Assembly (NCBI GenBank): GCA_965368975.1
Contig: CBDUPA010000005.1
Span: 224,001-288,000 of the forward strand
Source: an uncultured bacterium
Lineage (GTDB): Bacteria > Acidobacteriota > Thermoanaerobaculia > Multivoradales > JAHZIX01
Direction of reading: 5' to 3'
DNA length: 64,000 nucleotides
A program made the position numbers and the translations under genes. Below, piece after piece: positions 8,892-18,909 of this stretch. The notes under the pieces are model-generated. The model did not search any database, was not told the DNA's origin, and saw only the letters and a program-made list of their open reading frames with translations. Position 1 is the first letter of the stretch; each line of letters starts with the position of its first letter.

Positions 8892-11414
8892 ATGAAGGCG
8901 CTATTGCTAGCTTGCAGCGCCGAGCAGGAGCGCACATTGCGGCCGGTGCTCGCGGCGCGTGGTTTGGAAGTCACGGCGGCAGCGGATCTGCAGGCGGCGC
9001 AAGCTGAATTGCAGCAGGCGTTATGCCGGCTGGTGCTGTGCGGTGAGGTCGATGAAGAGCAGCTCTTGCAGCTGCGCGCGCAGGCGCCGAGCGGCGAACG
9101 CCAGGTGCTGCTGGTCGACGACCCGCCGGGCAACGGTCAGGCGCGCGACACGGCGGAGTTGGAGCGTTTGCTGCGCGCCGGCGCCGACGACTTTCTGCTG
9201 CTACCGATGGAAGGCGAGGGCCTGACCCTGCGGCTGGCCGCGGCGCAGCGACGGCTGCAGACTCGTGGTCCAGCCAGTGCGCCACCCGAGCAGGTCGGCG
9301 GTGAGCTGCGGCGCTTGCTGACCGCACCGTACGAGGACTTCGGCGAGGGCGACCTGCCGTCCTGGGCTCTGCCGCTGCGCATGCTGATGCAGCAGCTCAA
9401 GGCGGTGCTGTGGACCACCGACCGCCGTCTACGCATCACCTCCGTCCATGGTTCGGGCATCGAAGCTCTGAGCATTCAGCCGCAGCGCGTGCTCAACAAG
9501 GGGGTGGTCGAAGCCTTCGGCCGCGATGCCACGAGCACGCTGCCTCTGCGTTTGCTACGCAAGGCGATGCGGGGCCAGTCGGTGACCTTCGAGGTCACCT
9601 GGGGTGAGTTCACCCTGGAGAACTACGTCGAGCCGCTGCGCGACAACGAGGGCCGTGTCGTCGGCTGCATCGGCGTCGCGGTCGACATCTCGCAGCGACG
9701 CCAGGCCGAGGAGGCACTGAGCCTGCAGGAAGCCTACTTCCAGCAGCTGTTCGAGAACTCGCCCCAGGGCATCGTCATCCTCGACGCCAAGGACCGCGTG
9801 GTCAACGTCAACAGCGGTTTCGAAGAGCTATTCGGGTACAGCAACGACGAGGTGCGCAGCCGCTCGCTCAACGCCGTCATTGTGCCGCGTGGCATGTACG
9901 ACGAAGCTTCCGCGCTGTCGGCGTCGGTGCTCGACCGCAAGATCATCCAGCAGGAGATCGTGCGCCGGCACAAGGACGGCCGCTTGATCGACGTCTCGGT
10001 GATTGGCTTCCCGATCAAGATTCACAAGCGCGTGGTCGGTGTCTTCGGTATCTACAACGACATCACCGAGCGCAAGCGGGCCGAGGAGCGACTGCGCCAC
10101 GATGCCATGCACGACTCGCTCACCGGCTTGCCCAACCGCAACCTGGTGCTCGACCGCTTGAAGCAGAGCCTGGCGCGCAATCGGCGCAATCCCGACTATC
10201 GCTTCGGCGTCTTGTTCATCGATCTCGATCGCTTCAAGATCGTCAACGATAGTCTGGGTCATGGTCTTGGCGACGAGTTGTTGATCCGCATCGCCAACCG
10301 CATTCGCAACGCGCTGCGTCCCGGCGACACGGTCGCGCGCGTCGGCGGCGACGAGTTCATCCTGCTGCTCGAGGACATTGCCGGTGTGCGCGAAGCGATC
10401 CGCGTTGCCGAGCGGGTGCAGCGCGAGCTGGCGGCGCCGTTCAACCTGGCCGGTCACGAGCTGTTCACCGGTGCCAGCATCGGGATCGTGCTCAGTGCGT
10501 CGAGCTATCAGCGGCCCGAGGACCTGATCCGCGACGCCGATATTGCGCTCTACAAGGCCAAGGCACGCGGTCGCGCCTGCCATGCTGTGTTCGACGCCCA
10601 GATGCACACCGTCGCTATGGACCGTCTGCGTCTCGAGACTGACCTGCGTCGGGCGCTCGAACGCCAGGAGTTCCGCCTGCGCTATCAGCCGATCGTGCAC
10701 CTGACCGACAAGCAGGGTAGCGCTGGCGGCATCGTGGCCTTCGAGGCGCTGCTGCGCTGGCAGCACCCGCAACGTGGCTTGCTGCTGCCCGGGCATTTCC
10801 TGGAGGCGGCCGAGGAAACCGGCTTGATCGTGCCCATCGGTCGCTTCGTGCTGGCTGAGGCTTGCCGTCAGTTGCAGCGCTTGCACCAGCAGCTGGGTGC
10901 CAACGACTTGGCGATCAGCGTCAACCTGTCGACCAAGCAGTTCTTGCAGGCCGATCTGCTCGACCTGATCGACAGCGCGCTCGAATCCGGTGAGCTCGAT
11001 CCGCGGCGCCTGCATTTGGAGATCACCGAGAGCGTCATCATGCACGACTCGGAGAACGCGGTTTCCACGCTCACCAAGCTTAAACAGCGTGGTATTGGGC
11101 TGTTTCTCGACGACTTCGGGACCGGCTACTCGTCGCTGAGCTATCTGCAGAATTTCCCGATCGACACGCTCAAGGTCGACCGTTCCTTCGTCTCGCGCCT
11201 GCATGACCGCGACGGCAAGCCCGAGATCGTCGGCGCTATCGTCAACCTGGCCCACAACCTCAAACTGGACGTGGTCGCCGAGGGCATCGAGACCTCCGAG
11301 CAGCTCTCGACGCTGCGCAACATGGGCTGCCAGTTTGGCCAGGGCCTGCTGATTTCCGAGCCGCTGGATGCCGCCGCCGCCGCCGCGCTGGTCCAGCGCA
11401 AGCCCACCTGGTAG
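8892..11414 (+). CDS. Degenerate REC-PAS-PAS-GGDEF-EAL c-di-GMP signalling protein
   Basis: AGADDFL REC remnant, two PAS/PAC segments (DISQRR, DITERK), HDSLTGLPNR, intact GGDEF, FEALLRW, DDFGTGYSSL and VVAEGIE. Start taken at MKALL (8892). Confidence 0.92.
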   Translation: MKALLLACSAEQERTLRPVLAARGLEVTAAADLQAAQAELQQALCRLVLCGEVDEEQLLQLRAQAPSGERQVLLVDDPPGNGQARDTAELERLLRAGADDFLLLPMEGEGLTLRLAAAQRRLQTRGPASAPPEQVGGELRRLLTAPYEDFGEGDLPSWALPLRMLMQQLKAVLWTTDRRLRITSVHGSGIEALSIQPQRVLNKGVVEAFGRDATSTLPLRLLRKAMRGQSVTFEVTWGEFTLENYVEPLRDNEGRVVGCIGVAVDISQRRQAEEALSLQEAYFQQLFENSPQGIVILDAKDRVVNVNSGFEELFGYSNDEVRSRSLNAVIVPRGMYDEASALSASVLDRKIIQQEIVRRHKDGRLIDVSVIGFPIKIHKRVVGVFGIYNDITERKRAEERLRHDAMHDSLTGLPNRNLVLDRLKQSLARNRRNPDYRFGVLFIDLDRFKIVNDSLGHGLGDELLIRIANRIRNALRPGDTVARVGGDEFILLLEDIAGVREAIRVAERVQRELAAPFNLAGHELFTGASIGIVLSASSYQRPEDLIRDADIALYKAKARGRACHAVFDAQMHTVAMDRLRLETDLRRALERQEFRLRYQPIVHLTDKQGSAGGIVAFEALLRWQHPQRGLLLPGHFLEAAEETGLIVPIGRFVLAEACRQLQRLHQQLGANDLAISVNLSTKQFLQADLLDLIDSALESGELDPRRLHLEITESVIMHDSENAVSTLTKLKQRGIGLFLDDFGTGYSSLSYLQNFPIDTLKVDRSFVSRLHDRDGKPEIVGAIVNLAHNLKLDVVAEGIETSEQLSTLRNMGCQFGQGLLISEPLDAAAAAALVQRKPTW

Positions 11415-11431
11415 ACGCGGAGCCGCCTGCG

Positions 11432-11899
11432 ATGCCGCCGACGGAACCCACCGCCAGCGCTGCTTGCCACGCAAAGACCGTGTCCGAGGACGCGCGGCCG
11501 GGTGATGAGGCTGTTCGCATTGACGCTGCGATGCACGAACTGCGTGCCGGCGTGCGGCGCCAGCGGGCCGCGACCGCCGCGCTCGAAGCTGCCCGTCAGC
11601 AACTGCCACCGGGGGGTGGCGGTCTGAGCGTGATCGCCGAGCTGCGCGAGCCAGTGTGCACGTCCGGCATTCCGGTGTTCGGTCGTTTGCTGGTGCTGGC
11701 ACGCCGCGTCGTGCTCAAACTGTTCTTGGGCTGGTACCTGCGGCCGGTCCTGCAGCAACAAAGCCGCTTCAACCTGGCGCTGGCCCAGCATCTGGGTGCC
11801 CTGGTCGACGCCCAGCGAGCACTGCGCCGTGACCTGGAGGCGCTAGAAGAGGAGCTGCGGGACAGCGAGCCCGCGGCCGGAGTGGGTGAGTCGGAATGA
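11432..11899 (+). CDS. Hypothetical coiled-coil protein heading the glycosyltransferase genes
   Basis: Fills the gap, overlaps the next ATG (ATGA), and has WYLRPVLQQQSRFN plus a coiled-coil tail. Confidence 0.6.
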   Translation: MPPTEPTASAACHAKTVSEDARPGDEAVRIDAAMHELRAGVRRQRAATAALEAARQQLPPGGGGLSVIAELREPVCTSGIPVFGRLLVLARRVVLKLFLGWYLRPVLQQQSRFNLALAQHLGALVDAQRALRRDLEALEEELRDSEPAAGVGESE

Positions 11900-12999
11900 G
11901 CGACTCCCCACGGCGGGGACCCGTGCGCCTGGTGATCTGCAGCGCGCAGGTTCCGTTCAGTCGCGGTGGCAATGAAGTCCTGGTGGATACCCTGCACGAT
12001 CAGCTGCGCGCCCGCGGCTATGCCGTCGACGTCGTGCGCTTGCCGTTCAGCTGGTCGCCACGCCAGCAACTGCTGCAGAGCTGCCTCGCCTGGCGCCTGC
12101 TCGACCTGCGAACCGCCGAGGGCCAGCCGGTCGACCGGGTCATTGCCACGCGCTTCCCCTCCTATCTGATCCGCCACCCCGCCAAGGTGGTGTGGCTGGT
12201 ACACCAGTTTCGCCAGGCGTACGACCTGCGCGGCACCCACTACTCGGATGTCGGTGGTGCCGTCGATGACGAGGATCTGGTGGCGCGTATTCACGCGATG
12301 GACGGGCGCGGCTTGGGCGAGGCGCAGGCGGTGCACGCCATCTCGCAGAATGTCGCCGGTCGTCTGCGCCGCCACAACGGTCTGGAAGCGGGGGTGCTCT
12401 ATCCGCCGCCACCGCACGGTGACGCCTACCGTCAGGAGGGCTACGGTGACTACGTCCTCAGCGTTGGCCGGCTGGATCCGCTCAAGCGTGTCGATCTGTT
12501 GCTGCGTTCTCTGGCCGCGACCCGCGAGTCGTCCGGCGCGCGCGCGGTGATCGCGGGCGAAGGTGCCGCCGGTCCTGAGCTGCGGGCGCTGGCGTCCAAG
12601 CTCGGCCTCGACGGGCGCGTCGAGTGGCTGGGCCGGGTGAGCGACGAGCGCCTGCTCGACCTCTACGCCGGTGCTCGCGCCGTCTACTACGGGCCGTACG
12701 ACGAAGACTACGGCTACGTCACCGTCGAGGCGTTCAAGTGCGCGCGGCCAGTTCTCAGCTGGGAGGATGCCGGCGGCGTCCTCGAATTGGTCGACCATGG
12801 CGTCAACGGGTATGCCTGTGCCGCTGGCAAGGTCAAGGCCATGGCCCGCTGCCTCAACGATCTCTTCGCCGGTGACGAGCTGCCGCGACGCCTGGGCGAA
12901 GCCGGCCGCGAACGCGTGCGTGGCATCGGTTGGCCGGCGGTCATTGAGGGATTGACGGCAGGCTTGCCTGTGCCAGGCGCAGAGCGGGAAGGGGCCTGA
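11896..12999 (+). CDS. Glycosyltransferase family 4
   Basis: RGGNE, LYPP, VGRLDPLKRVD, EDYGYVTVEAF (EX7E), GGVLELV..GVNG. Confidence 0.9.
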   Translation: MSDSPRRGPVRLVICSAQVPFSRGGNEVLVDTLHDQLRARGYAVDVVRLPFSWSPRQQLLQSCLAWRLLDLRTAEGQPVDRVIATRFPSYLIRHPAKVVWLVHQFRQAYDLRGTHYSDVGGAVDDEDLVARIHAMDGRGLGEAQAVHAISQNVAGRLRRHNGLEAGVLYPPPPHGDAYRQEGYGDYVLSVGRLDPLKRVDLLLRSLAATRESSGARAVIAGEGAAGPELRALASKLGLDGRVEWLGRVSDERLLDLYAGARAVYYGPYDEDYGYVTVEAFKCARPVLSWEDAGGVLELVDHGVNGYACAAGKVKAMARCLNDLFAGDELPRRLGEAGRERVRGIGWPAVIEGLTAGLPVPGAEREGA

Positions 13000-13000
13000 C

Positions 13001-14452
13001 GTGAAGTGGGCCTGGTGCAGTCCGCTGCCGCCCGCCGGCTCCGGCATCGCTGACTACAACGCTGAGTTGCTGTCGGCGTTGCAGCCGGCCGTGCGAGGTG
13101 ACGGGGGCGATGTCGAAGTCCTGGACAACGCCGACTCCGACGCGCTGGCGGCCTTGCCGGCTCGTCTCGAACGCGGCGACTTCGACCTCGCCGTCTACCA
13201 CCTGGGCAATCATCCCGGCTACCACGCCGCGATCCTGCGCGCCGCCATGGTGCCGGTGAACCGGCAGCGCGGTGTCGCGGTGCTGCACGAGCCGATGCTG
13301 CACCACCTGCTGCGCGAGCCGCTCCTCGGCGGGGGTAAGGATGTTGCCTATCTCGACCTGATGGAGCAGGTCTACGGCCAGATCGGCCGTCATGTCGCTG
13401 AGCGCTTCCTGCAGGCCGACGGCTTGCCCGAGATGTGGGCTTTTGGCCTGTTCGAGCCGGTGGTCGATGTTTGCCGCGGTGTCGTGGTGTTCAATGAGCC
13501 GGCGCGGCAACGCGTGCTCGCCAGCCGTCCGGCGGCAGCCGTCGAGGTGGTGCCGCAGCACGTCGTGATCGAACCGGAACTGCTCGATGGAAGCGCGGAT
13601 CCCGCCGCGCTGCGCTCGTCTCTCGGTCTACCCACTGGCAACCACCTACCCGCCGAGGCCTTCGTCTTCGGCTGCTTTGGTCACCTGACGCTGCAGAAGC
13701 GCCTGCCGGCCATCGTCCGTACTTTCGCCAGTCTGCTCTCCGAGATGCCCCACGACGGGCCGCCCTTGCGTCTGTTGCTGGCTGGCCAACTGGCCGCCAA
13801 CGTCACCGCCGAGAGCCTGCTGGAGGAAGTTTCCGTGGCCCATCGCGAAGCCGTGCGCGCGGCCATGGTGGTGACTGGACGCCTGCCGATGGACGCCTTC
13901 CAGCGCGCGATGGCCGCTTGCGATGTGGCGCTCAATCTACGCTTCCCGAGTGGCGGCGAGACCTCGGCCACGCTGCTGCGCTTGCTGGCGCTGGGCAAAC
14001 CGACCCTGGTCACCGACGTCGGCTCCTTCGCCAGCCTGCCGCCAGACGTCGCTCTGCGTATCCCACCGGACGACAGCGAAGAGGCGCTGCTCTTGGCTTG
14101 TATGCGTCGCCTGGCCACAGATCCGCAACTGCGGTGCGACCTCGGCAATTCCGCGCGCCGCTTTGCTGTTACAGAGCACAGCATGGATGCCTCGATTCGT
14201 TCTTGGACGCGCGCCCTCACCCGCATCGCCGACGCCCGGCCCGCCCCCGTCGTCTCGGCTTCGGGAACTGCTCAGGCAAGCCTGCATCTCGACCTCGGCG
14301 CCCGTCTCGACGAGCTGGGGCTGGGCGATGACGAAGACTTGCTGCGGGCGGTCGCGCGGGCGACCGTCGAACTGGCTCTGGATCCGGCCTTCTCGCCGAA
14401 GCTCAGGGGCAGAACTCAGGCCCTGGCCGCCGGAGTACGCCATGGCCACTGA
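13001..14452 (+). CDS. Glycosyltransferase family 4 (WsaF-like)
   Basis: SPLPP..SGIADY, YHLGNHPGYH, FGHLTLQKR, LNLRFPSGGETSA, GKPTLVTDVGSF. Confidence 0.85.
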   Translation: MKWAWCSPLPPAGSGIADYNAELLSALQPAVRGDGGDVEVLDNADSDALAALPARLERGDFDLAVYHLGNHPGYHAAILRAAMVPVNRQRGVAVLHEPMLHHLLREPLLGGGKDVAYLDLMEQVYGQIGRHVAERFLQADGLPEMWAFGLFEPVVDVCRGVVVFNEPARQRVLASRPAAAVEVVPQHVVIEPELLDGSADPAALRSSLGLPTGNHLPAEAFVFGCFGHLTLQKRLPAIVRTFASLLSEMPHDGPPLRLLLAGQLAANVTAESLLEEVSVAHREAVRAAMVVTGRLPMDAFQRAMAACDVALNLRFPSGGETSATLLRLLALGKPTLVTDVGSFASLPPDVALRIPPDDSEEALLLACMRRLATDPQLRCDLGNSARRFAVTEHSMDASIRSWTRALTRIADARPAPVVSASGTAQASLHLDLGARLDELGLGDDEDLLRAVARATVELALDPAFSPKLRGRTQALAAGVRHGH

Positions 14453-15929
14453 CCGCGACCGTGACCCCCGACCCTCCGGCGAGGGCGAGCGCCCACCGTC
14501 GGTACGCCTCCGGCGGCCAGCCGGGGGAGCCGTGGGAATGGCGCCTCCGCTCGACTCAGCACCGGGAGCCTCGGAGGGCGCGCCCTCCCCGGGTGGCGCC
14601 GTCAAAGTCCGGGCGAGCGGGGCCGCCACTCGTCGCCGGCGCCCCTGGTTCCGTCTGCTGTTCATCGTCGCGCTGCTCGCGGCCTTGGCCGTGCACATCG
14701 TCCATCACTACGTGCCACGGGAGCGCGCCGCGATACCGGCGGCCGGTGACCTGCCGGCACGCCTGCTGGCCGAGGGGCAGTTCGACGCCGTCGTGTGGTT
14801 GCCCTATCCGCACCAGAACCTCGAAGCCGCGCTCGGCGACTCGCGTGTCGCCCTGCAGGAAGCTGCCCGCGCCGCCGGGCGGCCGGCGCCGCGCGTCCCG
14901 TCGTTCGGCCCGTTCCCGCTGCCGCCGTCGGAAGAACTCACCCTCGCTCTCGACGACGATGGCCGCCGTTTCCAGCTCGTCGCTCGCATCTACCCGGGCC
15001 TTGCCCTGGTCGCTCGCCTGGCGGGGCGCCTGGCGTCCAACCCGTGGCTCGAGGGTGGTCCCGTCGTGCTCGACGGGCAACCGGCGCAGGTACGCTGGCA
15101 GGACGGCCTGTGGATCGTCGCTTCCGATGCCCAGCCGGGCCCCGAAGACGCTGCCCCCTTGACCGCCGAAGAAGCCGGGCCGCTACGCCGCCCCTTGCTC
15201 GCTGCCCTGCGCCTGCGCCAAGCCACCGGTCCGCTGCCTGCCGGTCTCTACCCGCTGGAGCGTCGTCCGGAGCTGGGGCGTGCGGAAAAGGGGAAGGAGG
15301 CGGGGCCGCTCGTGCTGCGCCGCGCGGGCGTCGGAGCTGTCGAGCTGCCGCCCGAGAGCCGTCCCGAGACCTTGTGGCAGCCCTACCAGGCTCTGCTCGT
15401 CCTGCAATCCGAGACCGGCAGCACCGATGTTGCCGCCTTCCTTCTTTTCCGCGACACCGTTCCCTCCGGTCTGGTCACGGGCGCCACCGATCCGGCCAGC
15501 GCCGTCGGGGGCGACAAGCGCGGCTTCGCCCTGCTGCAAGCGCGCACCGGCCGCGACCTCACCCTCGGCGCTGTCGGCGTCTCGGCCCTGCTCGGCAAAG
15601 CTGGCTACAGTGGTCAAGCGTCCGGCTGGCGGGTGCAGGCCAACAACGAAGCCAACTTCCTGCGCGGTACCCTGCTCGTCCCGCGGCTGCAACAACTCGT
15701 CAACAGCACAGACGGTCCACGCGTCCGCTTCGCCTTCCTCCTCGATCCAGCCGCCGCCGACCCTGTTCTCGCCGACCTCGAAGCCGGCACCGAACGTCTG
15801 CTGATCAGCGACCTCTCCGAAGCCGCCCAGCTGCGCGCCCTGCGCCGCCTGCTGCAACAGCTCGATCACGCCGGCCGTATCCGCGTCACCGTTACCGAGC
15901 CGGCCGGATTCGAGCTGGTCGTGGAGTGA
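14442..15929 (+). CDS. Hypothetical membrane-anchored protein
   Basis: ATG 14442 follows GGAG and overlaps the GT stop; disordered N-terminus then one TM segment (LLFIVALLAALAVHIV). The 13923 start lies inside the GT gene. Confidence 0.65.
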   Translation: MATDRDRDPRPSGEGERPPSVRLRRPAGGAVGMAPPLDSAPGASEGAPSPGGAVKVRASGAATRRRRPWFRLLFIVALLAALAVHIVHHYVPRERAAIPAAGDLPARLLAEGQFDAVVWLPYPHQNLEAALGDSRVALQEAARAAGRPAPRVPSFGPFPLPPSEELTLALDDDGRRFQLVARIYPGLALVARLAGRLASNPWLEGGPVVLDGQPAQVRWQDGLWIVASDAQPGPEDAAPLTAEEAGPLRRPLLAALRLRQATGPLPAGLYPLERRPELGRAEKGKEAGPLVLRRAGVGAVELPPESRPETLWQPYQALLVLQSETGSTDVAAFLLFRDTVPSGLVTGATDPASAVGGDKRGFALLQARTGRDLTLGAVGVSALLGKAGYSGQASGWRVQANNEANFLRGTLLVPRLQQLVNSTDGPRVRFAFLLDPAAADPVLADLEAGTERLLISDLSEAAQLRALRRLLQQLDHAGRIRVTVTEPAGFELVVE

Positions 15930-15962
15930 TGGGTGGTGAGGTGCCGTGTGCGGGTGCGGAAA

Positions 15963-15992
15963 TTGACACCTCTCCCTCTCTTGCCGTAAGCT
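15963..15992 (+). promoter_or_regulatory. Sigma70-like promoter of the yceD-rpmF-fab operon
   Basis: TTGACA (15963-68), 18 nt, TAAGCT (15987-92), then GGAGG before ATG 16026. Confidence 0.6.
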
Positions 15993-16025
15993 CACGACCT
16001 TGTCCGTGGGAGGGCTACGCAAATC

Positions 16026-16559
16026 ATGCTCGTTCGTTTCGAAGACATCCGCGAAGAGCCTTTCCAGTGGCAGGAAACCGTCGACATCTCGCCTGACTCC
16101 TTGGAGCAGCCCAACCTTCAGAGCCTGGGGCCGGTCTCGTGGCGCGGACGCGTCACGTACGCCGAGCCGGGTTTTCATCTCAGCGCACGTTTGCAGTACG
16201 AGCAGCAGCTGGAGTGCATCCGCTGTCTGCAGCCGGCGGTGCAAGAGGTGAATTCGGAGGTCGAGCTGATGATCTTCGCTCACGGGGACCAGCGGGGGGC
16301 CGGCGACTACGAATTGCAGGAACGCGACATGAGCATTGTCCACGTGACGGGCGAAACGCTGGATCTGGAGCCCATCTTGCGCGAGCAGATGCAGCTGAAT
16401 GTCCCCATGCGGGCGTTGTGCAAAGACGACTGCGCCGGGCTCTGTCCAGTGTGTGGCATCAACCGCAACGAAGCCTCCTGCGATTGCCAGAACGAAACCA
16501 CCGATCCCCGCTGGGCGGGGTTGCAAGCCTTGCGCGGCCAGCTCGGCGACGACGGATAG
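16026..16559 (+). CDS. yceD: DUF177/YceD family protein
   Basis: CIRCL, PMRALCKDDCAGLCPVCG.N.N, DPRWAGL; canonical position before rpmF. Confidence 0.9.
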   Translation: MLVRFEDIREEPFQWQETVDISPDSLEQPNLQSLGPVSWRGRVTYAEPGFHLSARLQYEQQLECIRCLQPAVQEVNSEVELMIFAHGDQRGAGDYELQERDMSIVHVTGETLDLEPILREQMQLNVPMRALCKDDCAGLCPVCGINRNEASCDCQNETTDPRWAGLQALRGQLGDDG

Positions 16560-16645
16560 CTAGACGATGAATAGCTAGAACGACCGGCCCTGTATGACCG
16601 CCATCCGACTGATCGCAGTAGAGACAATTCAACGAAGGAGCCGCC

Positions 16646-16831
16646 ATGGCCAACCCCAAGCGACGCCATTCCAAGTCCCGCCGTAACAAGCGCCGCGCGC
16701 ACGATGCTCTGACGCGTCCGACCGCCTCGACATGCGCAAACTGCGGCGAAGTCAAGTTACCGCACCGTGCCTGCCCGAGCTGCGGAGAATACCGTGGCCG
16801 TACCGTGATCGAGGTCGAGGATTCACTCTGA
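16646..16831 (+). CDS. rpmF: 50S ribosomal protein L32 (zinc-ribbon C+ form)
   Basis: [39 protein letters not shown]; AAGGAG RBS. Confidence 0.97.
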   Translation: MANPKRRHSKSRRNKRRAHDALTRPTASTCANCGEVKLPHRACPSCGEYRGRTVIEVEDSL

Positions 16832-16872
16832 TCAGCGGCTAGCATGCTGACGCGGGATCCAGCCGAGCGGAC

Positions 16873-17940
16873 ATGCGTATTGCCGTAGATGCCATGGGCG
16901 GCGACGATGCACCCAGGGAGGTGGTCGCCGGTGCCTTTCAGGTCGCCACGCGCAATCGCATCTCGATCCTGCTGGTCGGCGACGAAGCCAAGGTCGGCCC
17001 AGAACTCGAGAAGCTCGGTGACCACGGCGGCCGCATCGTCATCCACCATGCCGAAGAGGTCGTGGGGATGGAAGACACCGCGACCGCGCCGATCCGCAAG
17101 AAGAAGCGGTCGTCGATTCGCCTGTGTGCCGAGCTGGTGCACCGCGGTGAGGCGCAGGCAATGGTGTCCGCCGGCAATACCGGCGCGGTGATGATCGCTG
17201 CCAAGATGATCATCGGCACGATTCCTGGAGTCGATCGGCCGGCGCTCGCCGCCGCTTTCCCCAATCCACGCGGTCGCACCGTGGTGCTGGACGTCGGAGC
17301 CAATGTCGAGACGCGGCCCGCCTACCTACGCCAATTCGCCGTCATGGGACACAGCTACGCCCAGGCGGTGCATCATCTGGAGACACCGCGTATCGGCTTG
17401 ATGTCGATCGGCGAAGAAGACAGCAAAGGAACCGACACCACCCGCGAGACCCTCCGCGTGCTCAAGACCACCGGCCTCAATTTCGTCGGCAACGTCGAGG
17501 GGCGGGACGTCTTCAACGGGGAAGTGGATGTCATCGTGTGCGATGGCTTTGTCGGCAACGTGCTACTCAAGAGTGCCGAGGCGATGGCGGAACAACTCAA
17601 ACGCATGCTCTACGAAGAACTCGACCGCAGCCCGCAGGCCCGGCTGGGCGCCAAGCTGGCGGGACCTGCCCTGCGTCGGCTGGCTCGCCGTACCGACTAT
17701 CGCGAGTACGGCGGCGCGCCGTTGCTAGGCCTGTGTGCCGGTTGCTTCATCGCTCACGGAAGTTCCAACGCGCGGGCGATTCAGAACTCGATCCTGCGCG
17801 CTGTCGAGTTCACGCAGGCGCGGGTACACGAGAAGATTCGCGACAAGGTCGCCGTGCTGCACGATCAGGAGGCACTGCTGCTCTCCTCGACCGAGGCGGG
17901 ACCGGATATGACTGAGCCCAAGGCGGAGAAGAAGACATGA
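16873..17940 (+). CDS. plsX: Phosphate acyltransferase
   Basis: IAVDAMGGDDAP, SAGNTGA, DVGANV, NFVGNVEG, CDGFVGN, GGAPLLG, HGSS. Confidence 0.96.
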   Translation: MRIAVDAMGGDDAPREVVAGAFQVATRNRISILLVGDEAKVGPELEKLGDHGGRIVIHHAEEVVGMEDTATAPIRKKKRSSIRLCAELVHRGEAQAMVSAGNTGAVMIAAKMIIGTIPGVDRPALAAAFPNPRGRTVVLDVGANVETRPAYLRQFAVMGHSYAQAVHHLETPRIGLMSIGEEDSKGTDTTRETLRVLKTTGLNFVGNVEGRDVFNGEVDVIVCDGFVGNVLLKSAEAMAEQLKRMLYEELDRSPQARLGAKLAGPALRRLARRTDYREYGGAPLLGLCAGCFIAHGSSNARAIQNSILRAVEFTQARVHEKIRDKVAVLHDQEALLLSSTEAGPDMTEPKAEKKT

Positions 17941-18896
17941 CAGCGATCGGATTCATTTTTCCCGGGCAAGGGTCCCAGAAGGTCGGCATGGGCCGCGACT
18001 GGGCCGAGGCCGTGCCGGAAGTGCGTCACACCTTCGAGGAGGCTGACGACGCGCTCGGGGTCCACCTCTCCCGCTTGTGCTGGGAAGGTCCCGAAGACGA
18101 GCTCAATCTGACCATCAACACGCAGCCGGCGCTACTCGCCTGCTCGATCGCCATTCTGCGCGTCGCACAAGCACAAGCCGATCTCGACGCCGTCGCGTTC
18201 GCTGGCCACAGCCTGGGTGAGTACTCGGCGCTGGTCGCCGCCGGCTCCCTCGACTTCGGCGACGCGCTGCGCCTGGTGCGCGAGCGCGGCCGTTTCATGC
18301 AGCAGGCGGTGCCGCTGGGCGAAGGCGCCATGGCGGCGATCATCGGCCTGAGCGTTGAGCACATCGTCGAGTTGACCGAGCAGGCCAAGCGCAATGGCGA
18401 GGTCTGTGGCTTGGCCAACCTCAATGGCGAGCTACAGACGGTGATTGCCGGGCACAGCCGGCCGATCGAGGAGACGGTGGGCCTGGCCAAGGCCGCCAAG
18501 GCCAAGAAGGCGGTGGTGCTGCCCGTATCGGCGCCCTTCCACTCGCCGCTCATGGCGCCGGCGCGCGAGCGCCTGACGCCGCTGCTTGGCGATACCGCAT
18601 TTCGCGCCCCGGGACAGCCCGTGGTCTGCAACGTCGACGCACGCCCGGTTACTGACGGGGATACCGCCCGTGATGCCCTGATTCGTCAAGTCGATGCACC
18701 CGTGCGCTGGGTCGAGTGCGCGACCTGTATGGCCGAAGAACTGGGCGTCGGTACCTTCCTGGAAATCGGCCCTGGCAAAGTGCTGACCGGAATGACCCGT
18801 CGTATCGTCGACGGTTCCTCGTGTACCAGCCTGCAGGATCCCAAGAGTCTGGACCGCTACCTGTCCAAGAGTGACGGCGGTTCGGGCGACGACTGA
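17937..18896 (+). CDS. fabD: Malonyl-CoA:ACP transacylase
   Basis: FPGQGSQ, TQPA, GHSLGEY, VSAPFHS, EIGPGKVL. Confidence 0.96.
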   Translation: MTAIGFIFPGQGSQKVGMGRDWAEAVPEVRHTFEEADDALGVHLSRLCWEGPEDELNLTINTQPALLACSIAILRVAQAQADLDAVAFAGHSLGEYSALVAAGSLDFGDALRLVRERGRFMQQAVPLGEGAMAAIIGLSVEHIVELTEQAKRNGEVCGLANLNGELQTVIAGHSRPIEETVGLAKAAKAKKAVVLPVSAPFHSPLMAPARERLTPLLGDTAFRAPGQPVVCNVDARPVTDGDTARDALIRQVDAPVRWVECATCMAEELGVGTFLEIGPGKVLTGMTRRIVDGSSCTSLQDPKSLDRYLSKSDGGSGDD

Positions 18897-18909
18897 AGGA
18901 GAACACCGC

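Noticed and set aside
9828-13047. Long antisense ORFs (624 aa, 483 aa) and the many similar ones opposite Elp3, SNF2, PilT, NRPS and PKS
   Set aside because: Expected stop-poor antisense frames of GC-rich genes; the sense genes carry clear motifs.
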